Shown: positions 26,556 through 41,006 of the stretch, piece by piece
Numbering within the stretch: position 1 is the first letter of the stretch
Layout: each line of letters opens with the position of its first letter
DNA from: Sphagnum compactum
Lineage: Eukaryota
Length of the DNA stretch: 64,000 nucleotides
Reading direction: 5' to 3'
Assembly (NCBI GenBank): GCA_965153455.1
Contig: OZ234493.1
Coordinates: forward strand, 9,290,213 to 9,354,212
The notes under the pieces: model-generated
What the model was told of the DNA's origin: nothing
The model's input: the letters and a program-made list of their open reading frames with translations, nothing else
Database searches by the model: none
Made by a program: the position numbers and the translations under genes

Positions 26556-29169
26556 TTGACTTGTGCATGAAAACACGGGGTTCACCCATGACTTTCTTTT
26601 TCAACTTTTAGTTGTAAAGTTAAGAAACTTCCCTACAGGAGCTCAGTAGCCTTATATTTGACTTGGGCTGTAGATTGTTGAAAATCATGTCTTTTACACC
26701 TGTACAAATTTCTTGATTTTTCTTGAAGTAGAAAGCTAGTTGGTTTTTATGGTATTGTAGTATGGAGCAACTAAAATCTGTTTTTCTTATGATTTTTGGG
26801 GAAACCTCAAATTTTAGCACAAAGTTTAGTTTCAATGACAATTATTTAAGTTTATTTTTTGATTGGCTTCCAAGCATAAATAAATATTTGGCTTGTATGC
26901 CCATGTTTAAAAGTTGCTGTATCTATGCAAAAGCATTCACAGCACTGATTGTGGTCCCAGATTAGGTCCTTGTTAGACCCTTGTCAGCTATTGCAAATGG
27001 TTTGCAAGTTCATATTTTGTTCTGTTTTTTTCTCATGTCATTTTCATGATGTTTGCCATAGGTAACACTTCATGGGCATCTCTGGACTAGAGAATTTCTT
27101 GTCATTCATTTTCCCACATAGACATATAGCACATCATGCGAAGGAGGTTTAGTATCAATATAGAGAAATTCCATCTCTTGGGCATTGGCTTTTGGTTGCC
27201 CTCTATATTGTGTTTAAGGAATGAAGCAGTCATGCAGGTGCCAAAGGAAGATGGAATGTATCCAAATCATCCACGTTGAAATTTGAAAGTGCAATGCCAT
27301 TACAATTCAAAAGATGCTCTTGTAAGCTCCTTTTGTGAATATCACAATGTATATAATAGAGCAAATGGGTGTGACTTGTGACAACTGTTTTCTCTTTCAA
27401 TTTTGCGATGTAGCTAGTACGAGTGGTGATTATCTATAAAACAATTTTTAGCCAAACTTGGCTACAAACTAAATGTGAAATTAAAAACATTTAAACATCC
27501 TTCTGTATAGTTGGCTACCTATTGGAAACAAGATGTAGAATCTGGCGACTTTTTAAAGGGAAAACAAAGTTTCGATGATCAGAAACCCAAAAACACTCAT
27601 TTTTGGAGTGGAAAAAGGAATACAACTAGTAAAATTTTGCTAGAACATTGGAACTTCTAATGGGTTCCAAATTTCAATTGTGATGCATACAAGCACATGT
27701 CAGAAACTCCTAAATACTTAAGAAGACAAATATTCAGTGGAGCTTTGAGAAAAAGTGTGTGGGTGATGGGCTAATTGAAGGTGTGTTCCCACCTTTTTTT
27801 TATAGAAAAAGAAAAAGAACTAAAATCTAGTTAATAAAGCTTCTTGCCACCTTGACACCTCCTGATGCTCGTCATGCCATCCTTGAAATACTTGCAAACA
27901 CTCAACCAACCACTGAAACATATGAAAATTGAAAATTTGTCACAGGTTTCCCTTGCAAATTCTTTGGCAAACTTCACAACTCTGGATTCAATTCCTTGTC
28001 CAGTACCAGAGTTGGGCAGTTGTTACAAACTGCACCAACCCCCCTGGGTATCAGGGAGGTTCCGAGGGTTCATAACCATGGTTCTCAGAAAATCAAATAC
28101 TCAATTCCAATATATATATATAAACTATGGTTCTCAAAACATCAAAGATCTGGTCCTGGTATACAATCTAAGGTTCTCAAAAAAGTTTGAAAAAATCAAA
28201 AGACGCACCCTATAAAATAATCAGTCCTTTCATGAAATTGGCCAGTTATTAAGGTTTTTGAAATAACCCAGTTTTTTTGAAAAAACCAGAATTGGGTGGT
28301 TTTTCAGTACTGAATTTCTTCCCCAAAAAAACTACAGGCATTTATCTAATGCTGAAATATTTTAAAAAATCAGAACTGATAGCTATTAAAACAAAATCAA
28401 ATACCCACCCAACTCTGCTATAATACCCGTGTTGGGTGGTTACTAGAAACTGCACCAAATCGCCCCTCCAGAAATCAAGGTGGTTCATAAAATTCATAAC
28501 CGACCCTTCTAAAAATAAAGGCAAATCTCCAATTCAGATATATAACAACCATGGTTATCAAAAAATCAAATTCCCAATCCTGATACACAACCACGATTTA
28601 CAGCTTTTTGAAAAATTATTCAAAATAAGCATTCGCAAAAATGCTAGCCTGGTTCGTTGCCAATTTGCTCATGAAACCCAGTTGTTCTTTGAGGGGTTTT
28701 GAAATAGTAGAAAAAAAACCAACAGTTCTTTTGAATTCCCATTTTTTCAAATACCCATAACCAAGTGGGAAGTTCTTTGACTCCACGTTTTTCAAGTGAC
28801 TGAACCTGACGGTTATTAACAAAGATAGCAATCATTTACCCATCGCTGCTATATATATACACACACTACAAACCCCGCAACAGATTTTGTCAACAACACA
28901 ATTTGTCAGTCCCTTAGGAAAAGATACTAGAAAGTGTGTGCTGGTATGGATGTATGTATACACAAATACACTAGTTATTTGTCAAGATTGATTGCTGGAA
29001 TGGGGTATCCAACCTTGTCGTCTGTTCCAGTCTGTAAGTTGTGCTGTCTTAAGGCCACCACAAATCGAATAGCTTGAGGTCGGTCTGTTTGTTTGTGTGC
29101 AGAGTCCTGCAAGTCTGTCCAGAAGAAGTGCATAAAAAAAAAGTAAAGTCCAGCCAGCTTTTGCTATAA

Positions 29170-29554
29170 CGGCATCTCCAGCTGTGCTCCGTATGTGACC
29201 CCGCCTGCATGCAGAAATATTTCTCACATCCAAGTATAGTTATTTACTTTTTGTTCCAACCCAGCAGTAAAACTAAAGCTGGGATTGCAAATAGGTGGGA
29301 GACTACTAAGAGCAAACCGCCTGGACCAATCATTACGATATGGCCAATCAGAAAGAAACAGGGACCAGCAGTCAGAATCATATTTAGTACACCCTTCTTT
29401 CTGGGAAGGTGTTAGGCTTTGCTGCGCCTTTCACTACTCGCCTATGCAAGCTGTGCAAAATGCTAAGCCAAAACCATTTTTTTGCTAAGCCAAATTGGCA
29501 TGTTTTGACTTTCCAGGGTCACATACTGAGCACTAGTGGAGTTGCAACTTGCTC
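29170..29554 (+). mobile_element. Complete Tourist-like (PIF/Harbinger) MITE, ~385 bp
   Basis: ~30-bp TIRs: gcatctccagctgtgctccgtatgtgaccc ... gggtcacatactgagcactagtggagttgc. Flanked by TAA on both sides (29167-29169 and 29555-29557). Related copies at 23692-23920 and 56640-57015 (inverted). Confidence 0.8.
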
Positions 29555-32500
29555 TAATGTGTTGATCCCTTGGTCAACAGCTCACTTTCACTCAACACAA
29601 TGCAAATGCTTCCAAAGATTCTACTGGGATTTCCTTTCATTATTACTTCCATATCAAAAATCCATAGAGATATAGAAGGGGGTAGCATTTTCTCATAGGC
29701 ATCTCAAATCTTCAATTTCTGTGGCAGAAAAGTAGTTCCAGAATTATATATATATATTTGCAATATAATATGATCCAGAAATGATTATAATCGCCCGCTC
29801 TGACTCATAAATGTACTAAGGATCAGACATCACACCCATTTGGTAATTGATTGTAAAATATTGAGGTCAATATTTGGACAAGGTGGTACCGATTTAGCCA
29901 ATTTTGGCTATTAAAAATGAAAGGAAAAAAATAAAACATACTCATATACTTTTTGCTAACTTCTTGGACCATGTATAGAAGAAATCTGGTCTTTTTTTTT
30001 AAATAATATTTTTAAAAATTGAAAATTTATCCATGTTTTAGTTCCTCTTGGTGTTGCTCTTCTCATTACTTATATTCATATCATACTCATTTTTAAAGTT
30101 GATAATTTGTCTAATACCTATATCATTTTTATATTAATTTTTCTTTTTAGCTTTCTATACCATGACCATATTGGGTATGCGATAAACCATGTACTTGTCC
30201 AAATGTAGTAACCACTCACATTCCCTACTTGCTTACCTTATGGTCATTACCCACTTACATAGATATTAATATGCAAAATGTAGTACAAGGTACTACCACC
30301 GTGGGCTCTCATTGGCCCAATGATTCCATAAACTTTCATCACTTGGATGAAATTTTCATAATTGCTCTCTACATGGATGAAAAGAGGACGTCTTGATTCT
30401 CACGAGAGATGGTTACCGTCTGATAACCAACTCAAGAGCGCACAAATTATCATGAATAGTTGAGATGTTCAACAATGCCTGAACAATTTACAATAACTTG
30501 TGCACTCTTGCAGGTTACCAACCTAGTCCATATCCATTACTTGAAAGCAGCTAGATAGAGTCATGGGCTTGCATCAAATCCAGAACTCTTTGAGACAAAA
30601 TCTGATTCACCAGATGGGCAGAAAAAAAGAGATATCTAAGAACTGTCATCTACAGCAGGGCAAAGATGGTGAAATGGGCATCTTCCAGTTTGGTTTAGCC
30701 AGCAGCTTTAGGCTGCAAGTCAGGAGTAGCTGAACTTCCCTTTTCTACCCCCAAGTGTACCATTAGAGCAAAAGACATATGGTGGGTGGGAGGGAGCTGG
30801 GTGTGAGATATGAGAAAGAGTTTAATTTGAACTAGTCATCAAAGTAGTCATTGCCATTGTTCAATCAAAGGTGCTCCTTGCATGTCCAAAAACACAAAAG
30901 CAAATACGATAGTTGCTCATGTTTTTTCTCATATCATTTGCCTTCAATTTTACTCTTGTAACCTATATAAGCTCAAAGGAGGAGACTACAACATACCTAT
31001 TTTGGGATTGTCCAAAGCTTAGGATTTTAAAATATATATATATATATATATATGGGCCAATCAAAGATGCTCATCATAAAAACTTTAAAATTTGAACTTT
31101 GGGGGTCCCCACAACTAATTAATATGAGTCACAATATACTACCAAAACCCACCACTCTCACCTAGGTAGTGAAAAAGGTACTTTGTATGACTATTTAGCA
31201 TGTAATTTGCATAATGCCAAGAGGCCTCCGATTGCCAAATTAAGAACAACTGATTAGTGTTGATGATTCATATTACAAATCTTTGACAAATGTTTTGCCC
31301 TCATCAAAACCCTAAACCCTAATCATGTTTATTTGTTTGTTTTCACTAGATGCTTATGGCTCCAAAAATATGTCTTACAACAAAAAAAATTTGGGCCAAT
31401 TCATGTAACGTATGATGTCCCCACATCTAACACACACTCATGGGATTGTAGGTTAGATGTTAGTCGATCTTGCAATTGAATAATTCAAATATGATTCTTT
31501 TTAAATATATAAACATGTAATTTGATCATGGAAATGTGCCTCTTAAAATGCTTTTTCATCTTTTTTAGTTTTGGAAGTGGCCACTTTCTTACCAGTCATA
31601 GTAGGGGCAACATGGTTACACAACCTTCCATCAAGTACCTATGCAATTTTCAATAATTATTTTAGTCACCTTGTTAAGGCATCCACATGGTTTTCAATGC
31701 TTAATTTACCCAATGACCTTTATTAAAAAAAACTGGATTGATTATAGTTTATCACATTTTGGATGGTCGGGTCAAGAGTTTTTTTTTCTTTGTTACATGG
31801 TTACATTCTAGTTATTATAGGTACACTAAAATAAGTTAGTTTGGAACCGATTTTAATGTGAAGATAGTTTAAAAGATACCTTGTATGAGATATAATCGCA
31901 AATTATCAAAAGTGATTTGAGATTCTAAAACGCAACCTTGTGTTTTTGCAAGCTTTTATGAATTTTTATGCAAGTTGTTTGTGACATGGTTTCGTGTGGT
32001 TTTCCTTGTGTATTTTTTGGGTTTGGATTCACGTTTGTTGCGTGTGAATCATATATTTTGGTTTGGATGTGTTGTACCATTTAAGATATTTATGTATTAT
32101 GTGTTGTATGTGTTGACAATGATGGATGTAAGTGCAAACATAGGAACACACAATAGTCAAGTGGTTAAACCCAATCATTATTTGGCTACCCACGTGTTTC
32201 ATTGAATAAAAATTTGGAGAAGAATAATAGAATTAAGGTGTCCAGGTTATCAAGGGATTAAGACGACTTTTGGGTGTAGATATTGAAAATTACGAGGACA
32301 CCACTTTTTATTATTATATACTCAGATAAATAATATTATCATGTATATTGAATACATCAATATTGAAATTAAAATACAGGAATTGGACAAATCATTTATC
32401 ATTTGCATTTAAAATTTTACATGTTAATAAAAATAAAAGTACCATGGAACAAAATTATGCATGTAAACTATGCATTAGTAATCAAGGGTTTCTATTAGCA

Positions 32501-33003
32501 AAAGGTTATGTCATCTTTATGCCCCACGTGTTGTGGTGAATGTTTCAAACTTAAAACTAAAGTTGTTAGGTATGTTACACAAAATATAAATTGTTGGGTT
32601 GATCTTGTTCAACAATCAATTCATATAATTTTATTTTTTCTTTCACAAAATTTGAATTCCATTCAATTTGACATATCATAACACGATGGGATGTTTTAGT
32701 TATAGGTAGTCAATTTGGATGCTTAACAAGGTGACCTTTTAAAAGGCATTTTATTTCCATAATTGTGTTATTTAAAGAATACATTTGTGCAATTATTCAT
32801 GACATGGGTAAATATTATTTCAACTGCACTTGAATTTGTAACATGTTTTGCATCAGGTGGGGAGGTACTCCCCACCTAGCCTCTTGAAAATAAGTCCCAT
32901 GACATTATAATTATTCATAAAATGTTTTAGATAAGGGATGAAATTGTTCATTAGGGGTCTAATAGGGGTTGAAATGTTAAGTGAACATTAAATGTTTTAA
33001 TTA

Positions 33004-33120
33004 ATTTGCATTGGGTGCCACAAATTAATACCAAACTCTTTTTAACACCTATGGATTTTTTTGTGAGCCTTCATAGGTGTTAAAAGGAGTTTGGTGTTGA
33101 CTTTAATACCCAAAGTAAAT
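33004..33120. repeat. Long inverted repeat / fold-back hairpin
   Basis: Core arms accaaactctttttaacacctatg (33030-33053) and cataggtgttaaaaggagtttggt (33072-33095) pair at 23/24; imperfect pairing extends to about 50 bp per arm. Confidence 0.85.
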
Positions 33121-36100
33121 CTTGAAACAAATGAGCATAAGAGGGTTGTCATAACACCACAATCACATGAAATGACAATCTCAACAATCTCATGTTGAGT
33201 TTTGTTATTTTGTCAAACATTTTGAAGATTTTAAAGATAACAACAAAAAGGGGGGGTGACCCAATCAATAGGGTATGAAATAAGGGTTGGACTAGGTGTG
33301 ATTTTAAAGAAATTTTTATTATGTTAGCAAACTATTGAATGTTATTTTGTGATTTGCAAACTTTATTTTGTCCTCATTCAAAACTGTCCAAATTCAATAG
33401 GATGTGAAGCATGCTACACCATATTCCCTTTTGTATACATGAATAGGTTGGATGAAGGATTGTAATTCAAAAAATTGTCCAATACTCTTTTTTTTATTAT
33501 AAATGGTTTCCACCAATGTTGTGCAAGTATTTGATTTTTTGAATAACCTCCAATTCCAATTTTTTGAAAAATTTGAAAATTAAAGAACATGTTTAGTAAT
33601 GGGTTTGTCAAATTTCAAATGAAGGTTCCTTATGGTGCCAACTATCTGAGATTATGTTAAAAAAGATTGGCAATTATATACAATGTTTCAAAAATCTTAA
33701 ATACCTTGCCATGTTGATCATGTATGTGGTGGTGGTGGTGGTGGTGGTGGTTAATATTAGATAGTTACTTGAATTTGCAAAGTGTTTACATTGTAAAATG
33801 CACAAAAATTTCCTAATTTTGAATTGTTAACAAATACATTAAATGTGCAAATGAAGATAATTCTCATTCTTGAAAGATACCTATTGACATTGAAACAATA
33901 ATTGGTTGGAACCTATGCTTCTTGAATGGCAACACAAAATTGAAAGTAAAATCAATTGGTATATTACAAAGCTCACACCATCAACTACCAAAGCCTTTGT
34001 GGTGTTACTAAACAATCACACAATTGTCAAACTTAATCCACACACATTTGATTCACACCACAAATGAAAACAGTAAAGCTAAAAGTGGAAACCACATATG
34101 ACCAACTTTTCCTCCTATGACAAACCCTAAAAACTATTTGAACAAGATTTTAAAGTTGTTTAAATGTAAAAAGATATATGTGGGTGTCTTGATCAATTTG
34201 TCACTTCAATTCCTTTAACTTGACGAAATACAAAATTGTTGGTGCAAGTTCCATTGGGCTTTCAATTTTATAATGGGAAGTATAAAGGATATTTACCTAT
34301 ATCAGCAAAATTTTCTATTAAAAAATCTAAATCCAATAAATGAATGTTAATAAATTAGGTAGAATTTTAAAAATAAAAATAAAATGTAATGTAATTAGAT
34401 TGTGTAACTAATTTAAACATACATGGTTTGGTATAATGAAAGTCTACCTTAATAACCTTTTTAATTATCATAAAAATTTAAGAATGTGAAATCCAACAAT
34501 TAGGTTGTATTGTTGAAAGTAATTTTATTAATGTAATTTGTTTAAAAGGATGTGGCCATTTTTTGTATGTCTAATTAATAGCTCCATGTGTTCATTTTCA
34601 AACTAATATTGAGTAATAGAAATGAACACATACACATACCTATCATGTTTTGCGATATGTCATTTGTAATATTTTTGTAAAAACTATGGACATAGTAAGC
34701 AAAAAGATGCACACATAGATACACATGTATTGTTTTATGATACTTTATTGTTATATGTAAGAATGTCATTGCCACTTTACAAATTGAAGGCATTTGTTAT
34801 TTGCCATTTGTTATTGTTTCCAAACCCTAGGAATGATTTTTGGTGTTCAAAGTAGGAGTGTGGTATTAGCTTGCATTCAAGCAAACAATTTTTGTTGTAC
34901 ATGGTACAAATCAATAAATACCAAATTTGTCTTGCAACTTGAGTGGCAAGATCCTAGACCTTGTTGTGCACAAAGTGCCATTGTCATAGAACCAAAGATC
35001 TTGATGAGCCTCATGCAATAGCATTTTAAATATTTGATTCAATTGGACAAGTGGGGTTCTCTTTCTCTAACCCCACAATATTCAACTATTTAAACCCCCA
35101 AACCTTAAAAATTAAACAAAACATGAAATCAAATTGAAGGCTAGGTTTTACTTTCAATGAATTCAATTGTGTGAAAATTTTGGGACAAATGAAAAATACC
35201 ATTTTGTAACTAGAAGACTCATCAAATGTATTTTATATCATTGCAAGGCACTCCAACTTCCAATGTTCAAAAATTGAAATTTAAAAAAAAAAACAAATGC
35301 ATGAATTACAAGCTCCAACTACAAATTACATGGTACAAACTACAACACATTATAAACAAATAACAATTACCAAAAGTTCATTATGAGCTTTGAGCTTCAA
35401 ATTTCAAATTACAACCCCTAACAAAATACAAGAAAATTGCAAGAATCAAAGGGCATGCATTGATTTTTTATACATGCCACTATTTGGAAAAAAATTTGGT
35501 GTTTTCTTTCATTTACAAGAATATTGTAACAAGCTAATCACTCACTTATTCTATGTCCGTCAATCAAAAGCTTTATGTCGTGGAAAGTTGCCCAAGCATA
35601 AGAACTAACATCTAAACAACTATTTACAAAAGCTACTTTATTATGAGGTCAAGATCAAACATAAAAATTCTTGAAACACAATTCATTGATCCCCATGGTT
35701 TTTTCCATACTTGCTTTTCAAAGGTTCCTTATGAGCTTGATTATTTTACTTTTTCACCTTTGATGGGTAAATAGGTATATATTTGGCCGTATAATTGTTG
35801 GGGTCTGTTTTTGTTTTTAATAACCGCCAAAACATTGGTTCCCATCATTGTTGGCCAGTTATAGTATTATAGTAATTTTAAATATATGAATAAGGATTTT
35901 AAAAATCAATTTAAAAAACATGCATTTAGATATTTAAAAAATTTCCTTGTACATATAGTTATGCATCCATGGAATTTTTTCTTTCATTGTCAATTTTTGT
36001 ATTTGTTGGTTCTCAAATTCAAGGTAACATCTAAACATGCATACAGGTTATGTATAGCAAATTTCACATGCTATTTATGCCCCCCAAAAAAAAAAACATT

Positions 36101-37372
36101 CAAAATTCAAACATTGGAAATCGATAAGTTTGTGGGAGAATTAAACCCAATTCTACAAATAATTTTGCTCATTACAACACAATTTGCTTGCAAAAACAAA
36201 CACCCACATAAACACCCCAACCCGACATACCTAGAACTCCTAGATATAAATTGTTCTTCAACACAAAGTCATATCTAACATCCCTAAAACCCTACCTCTC
36301 ACATATGGATATAAGCAAGTACTTCTTAAAAGGATATGCATATGGATATGCAAAATCATAAAATGCCCCTCTACTAGTTATGGATAAAGTTGAGTATCAA
36401 AAATTGGACAACTCCAAAATAGAACTTCATGCATATCCAGCATTATGCATGTTCATATCCGAACTTTTCCAAATATCTAGCCAACATTGGTTTCCACTTG
36501 TTGGGAAGTTAGCCCCACTTTCTTGAAGGAAGCCTTTAATGAGATTGCATAGTTGATGACAATATAAGGAAGTTGGCATTTCTTTGTTGGATGAGGAATA
36601 TGGGGAATTTGCAAACTAGATGAAAACTAAACAATTTGGCCCCGCTACACACCAAAAGCATTCATGAGTTACACAGTGAATGAAATTAGTCATACTTCCC
36701 AATGAAGGTGAACAATGAATTGGGGGGAGGAGGTGCAATGTTTCATTGTGGCAAAGTTGTTGCATTGTGTACACAAAAAAAAAACTAAACTAAAATGGTT
36801 TGTTATAAATTTTTGGTGTTTTTTCTAAAAAATTGTCAAAAAAGAAATGTCTTGGCTTTTGAAGAAATGTTGTCACTTTTGAAGTGCCTCCAAAAGGTTT
36901 TTGCCACTATAGTGTTGTTTGGAAAAAACTTTGTATAATTAAAAAAAATTGTCACCAATTATTCTTAAATCTACCTTGGGATACTCACCACCTATTCATA
37001 TTGTAAAAAAATGAAAAAAACCACCAAGTGGGTGTTATAAATTTGGAAAAATGAAGACATTTAAAAATTATTTTGTGAACTATAAAATATTAAAATGTTT
37101 TTAAAAATGCCAAAGCTTCTCAAAAATGTAAATTGTAAATTCTTTACAATGTTTGAAAAAGTAGAAAGTTATTTAAAATGCTTTAAAAGGTTCTACTCAA
37201 GTAAGTTTTAGAATATGAACAGTTGAAGGTTTTCATAAAGTTTCATGTTTGCAAAGTTTTAAAAAGTTGAGCTTCTAAAAGTTCCTTTGGGCAATGTGTA
37301 TGCAGAGGCAATATGGATACCTACTAAAAGTTTCATCAACACAAATTGTGATCTATAGGTACTTCAATTCAA

Positions 37373-38357
37373 ATGTTTCCCTTGTAATACAACTTTATGC
37401 ATCAACAAAATTTCTCGCTAAAGATCCTTATCACACCTTGTATTTTGTGTTGATAAAATATTGTGTATTCTTTTATTGTCGAATCTAGTTTTATTTACAA
37501 TAATAGGAACTTTCATCTTGATAGAATTCATTAGGAAGTTTTGAGTGTCTTTTGTTTGAAGGATGCCAAATAACCCTAACAAGATTTGTCTAAAGCTTAT
37601 GTATAGATTGTTGGGTGATTTTATGCATTGTCTAGTTCTTGTCCACCACTATCAATAATTGTCCTACTTAAGGACAATTTTTTGGGAACTAGGATGATGG
37701 ATGAACTCAAGGATGTTTCCCTTGTACCACAACTTCATGCATCAATAAAATTTCTTGCTTAAGCTCCTTGTTAGACACCTTGTATTTTGTGTTGATAAAA
37801 TCTTACTTTTTTTTTTTTGTGTCAAATCTAATTTTGTCTAGAATAATAGGGAAATTTCATCTTGAAAGAATTCATTAGGAAGTTTTCAGTGTCTATCGTT
37901 TGAGGGATACCAAATACCCCCTAACAACATTTGTCTAAAGTTATGTATAAATTGTTGTGTGATTTTGTGCATGGTGTAGTTCTTGTCCACCATTATCAAT
38001 AATTGTCCTGCTTAAGGACATTTTTTTGGGGAACTAGGATGATGAATGAACTTGAAGATGTTTCCCTTGTACTACAACTTTATGCATCAATAAAATTTCT
38101 TGCTTAAGCTCCTTGTCAAACACCTTGTATTTTGTGTTGATAAAATCTTACATATATTTTATTGTTAAATCTAGTTTTGTCTATGATAATAGGGAACTTT
38201 TGAGGGATGCCAAATACTCCCTTACAAGATTTGTTTAAAGCTTATGTATAGATTGTTGTGTGATTTTGTGCATTGTGTAGTTCTTGTCCACCACTATCAA
38301 TAATTGTCTTGCTTAAAGACAATTGTTGGGGAATTGGGATGATGGATGAACTCAAGG
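37373..38357. repeat. Tandem array of three diverged ~340-bp units
   Basis: Unit starts (atgtttcccttgta..acaactt.atgcatcaa) at 37373, 37713 and 38058; the third unit has an internal deletion of roughly 40 bp. Confidence 0.9.
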
Positions 38358-40965
38358 AACTTGTTCCAAGTTCTGAAGATGAAAACTCCCATTGTCCAAT
38401 TTCTTAGAGATCAACTTTTTGAATTACTTCTAGGTAAGTCCAATCAAGTACAAATTTAAGAAAATAGTTGGACCAAAACTTCCCGGTTGGCCACTTGTCC
38501 TAAAATACCCCGTGAGGTTTGGGCCTGACATTGCATGTGTTTTGTGCTCACTTTAGCCATGGTCTCATGTCTCTTGCCACTATCATAGTGTGATTTGTGT
38601 GGAAGGCTATGAAGTTGGAAGCAAAGTTGTTGCTTTGGTGTCAGGAAGCTGTTACTAGGCTAGCTTAGGATATTAGGCTAGCATGGGTGTTGAGAGAGTT
38701 TAGAAAGGAAGGCTCCAGACTCCAGAGTCCAAGGAGAGGGAGACGCCAAGTGGCAGGTACTTCCTCTTATACCAGTTCAATAGTAATTCATTCCTGGCAC
38801 TCATAATTACTGAACATCACAAAAACCAAGGCACCTGAAGATGGTAGCAACTTTGTAGTAGAAGCTGTAGAAAGCGCACACCTGTTCTCCTCATGCAAAT
38901 TCAAAAGCTGTCTTTCTTATGTAAAAATGGGGACTACAACTGACACAAGATCTAGTCGTGAACTATCAGAAGTAGTCATTCATTGTACTGGGGCTTGTGG
39001 GAACCCCTATGTCGGGTGCTAATTTACAGGTCTAAAGTCTAAACCCATTTGCACCTTCTTTGAAGGTTGCACTTCATCCGAAGTATGGCGTACAGGCCAT
39101 TTTACTGGTGTTGGTGCACCCTGAAAGTCGAAAGCATGGCTCTAAACAGCAGGCAGAGTAGATCATGCAGAATTTTGAACCATTCAAAGAATGATGCTTC
39201 AGACGAAGGTTGGATATGTCTTGAATTTAGAAATACCTAGCAAGCTGTAGAAAGCGGGTGCAACACTCTTTCATACAAATAACGGGCTTGTGTTTAATCC
39301 AATTTGAGCTCCGTGTCACTGCGCACTACCGGTGACGATCAACTATTTTTTTAGTTTTATATGGTTTTCAATAATTTTAATTATGTCAATGTCAAATTAA
39401 TTTAAATTAATATGCATTTCACGGACATGAAAAGACAAATGTTAATTTATTTTTCATATCCATGTTTGATGGATAGGCTAAAAGAGAGAGGTAGTTATAA
39501 ATTGGAGGTAGTTATTAGGAAAGGTGAGAGATAGTTATTAAGAAAGTTAATAGGAAAAGGAAGTAATTATGAAAAAAGAAATGAAGTAGTTAGGCTTGAA
39601 AATAAAATAATTATTCCTGAAATTGTCTTTAGAAAGGTCCGTGGATGACCATATGAAGGATTCCCAAAAACTCCCCCATAATACTCGTCACTCACTGGAA
39701 TGAGGGAATCACCAGACTCCACACACTACAAAGAACGACATCCATCCATCAAATAGAATGTTTCCAGTTCCACATAAGTTTTTACCAGAAGAAAATTCTG
39801 TTTTCTTTTCTGTCATAATTTTTTTTTAGTGTTTTAAAATTAATAACCTCCTGGATGATAACTAGGTCATCGAGATTCTAGGTAGGTTATTTAAAAGTTT
39901 GAAATCCTTGGCTAAGTTATTAACCGGTTATCAAAATAGGAACCGATTAATAAGTTATTAATAACCGAATTGATAACCAAAGTTAATAACTGGGGTCAAA
40001 ATTCAATAACCGGCCAAACACTGGTTTAGACTTATGTGAATTTGCACACCCTATGGCCCATTCAAAACACGGACTACTTATGATTAGCCTTGAGAGAGCA
40101 TGCCCAACAACAGCCCTCTATTTGGGTATTTAGAACATCTAGTGTGCACAATTTAGTTCTCTCCCCTATTGGGACCCAAGAACCTGAAAAGATGGACTCT
40201 CTGAAGTGAGAAACTAATCATTACAGTTGGCCAATGAGAAACAATTCTTTCCAGCTACAGGCCCACTTCCAGGGCGCTGCAAACATTGTACACGTTTCCA
40301 GGCCCCAAAGAGGATTCACAAATCTTTGGCTCTAAATCTTCCTCCAAAAAGTACCTTACAGGTCAATTTAGGGTTTAGGGTTTAGTGGCCAGCCATAATG
40401 ATTGACCCAGGTGGTGACATTTTAAGAGTCTCTCTCACTTTATACTATCCATTTTTCCATGTTAATGGGTTCCTGACATTTTGAATCATATGTTGGATGC
40501 GGTAAACACTCATAGAGGTCCATCCAAATAGGGGGGTTTTGGGTGGGATAAGTCCTAAGAGCATCTCTCTTCACAGGAACAAAATGATCTGATCACATTT
40601 TATATAGTCTCTCTCACTTTAGACTGTTCACTTGTTCATGTTCATCAAGGGAGGGAGAGAAATGAAATAATTAACACAGAGTGTAACGTTAGATGTGATA
40701 GAAATACTGGTAGAGGCCCAAATAGGGAGTGCGGGTGGTGATGATGCTTTAAACAGCTAAATGCAAAATGTAACACTTAAACTACTGTTTTGTTAGTACT
40801 TACATTTATAGCACTTCTGTAAATAGCCCAGAAGAAGGAAGCGACTCGTATGTTAGAAGCATAATATGAAAAGCAGGATGCAGCTTCCATCTGCAGTCAG
40901 TTCAATTTGTTGAATCCAATGGATTGTCAGAGGGATTGGCAGCTGGAGTCTAGCGTGTGATGAGC

Positions 40966-41006
<41 letters not shown>

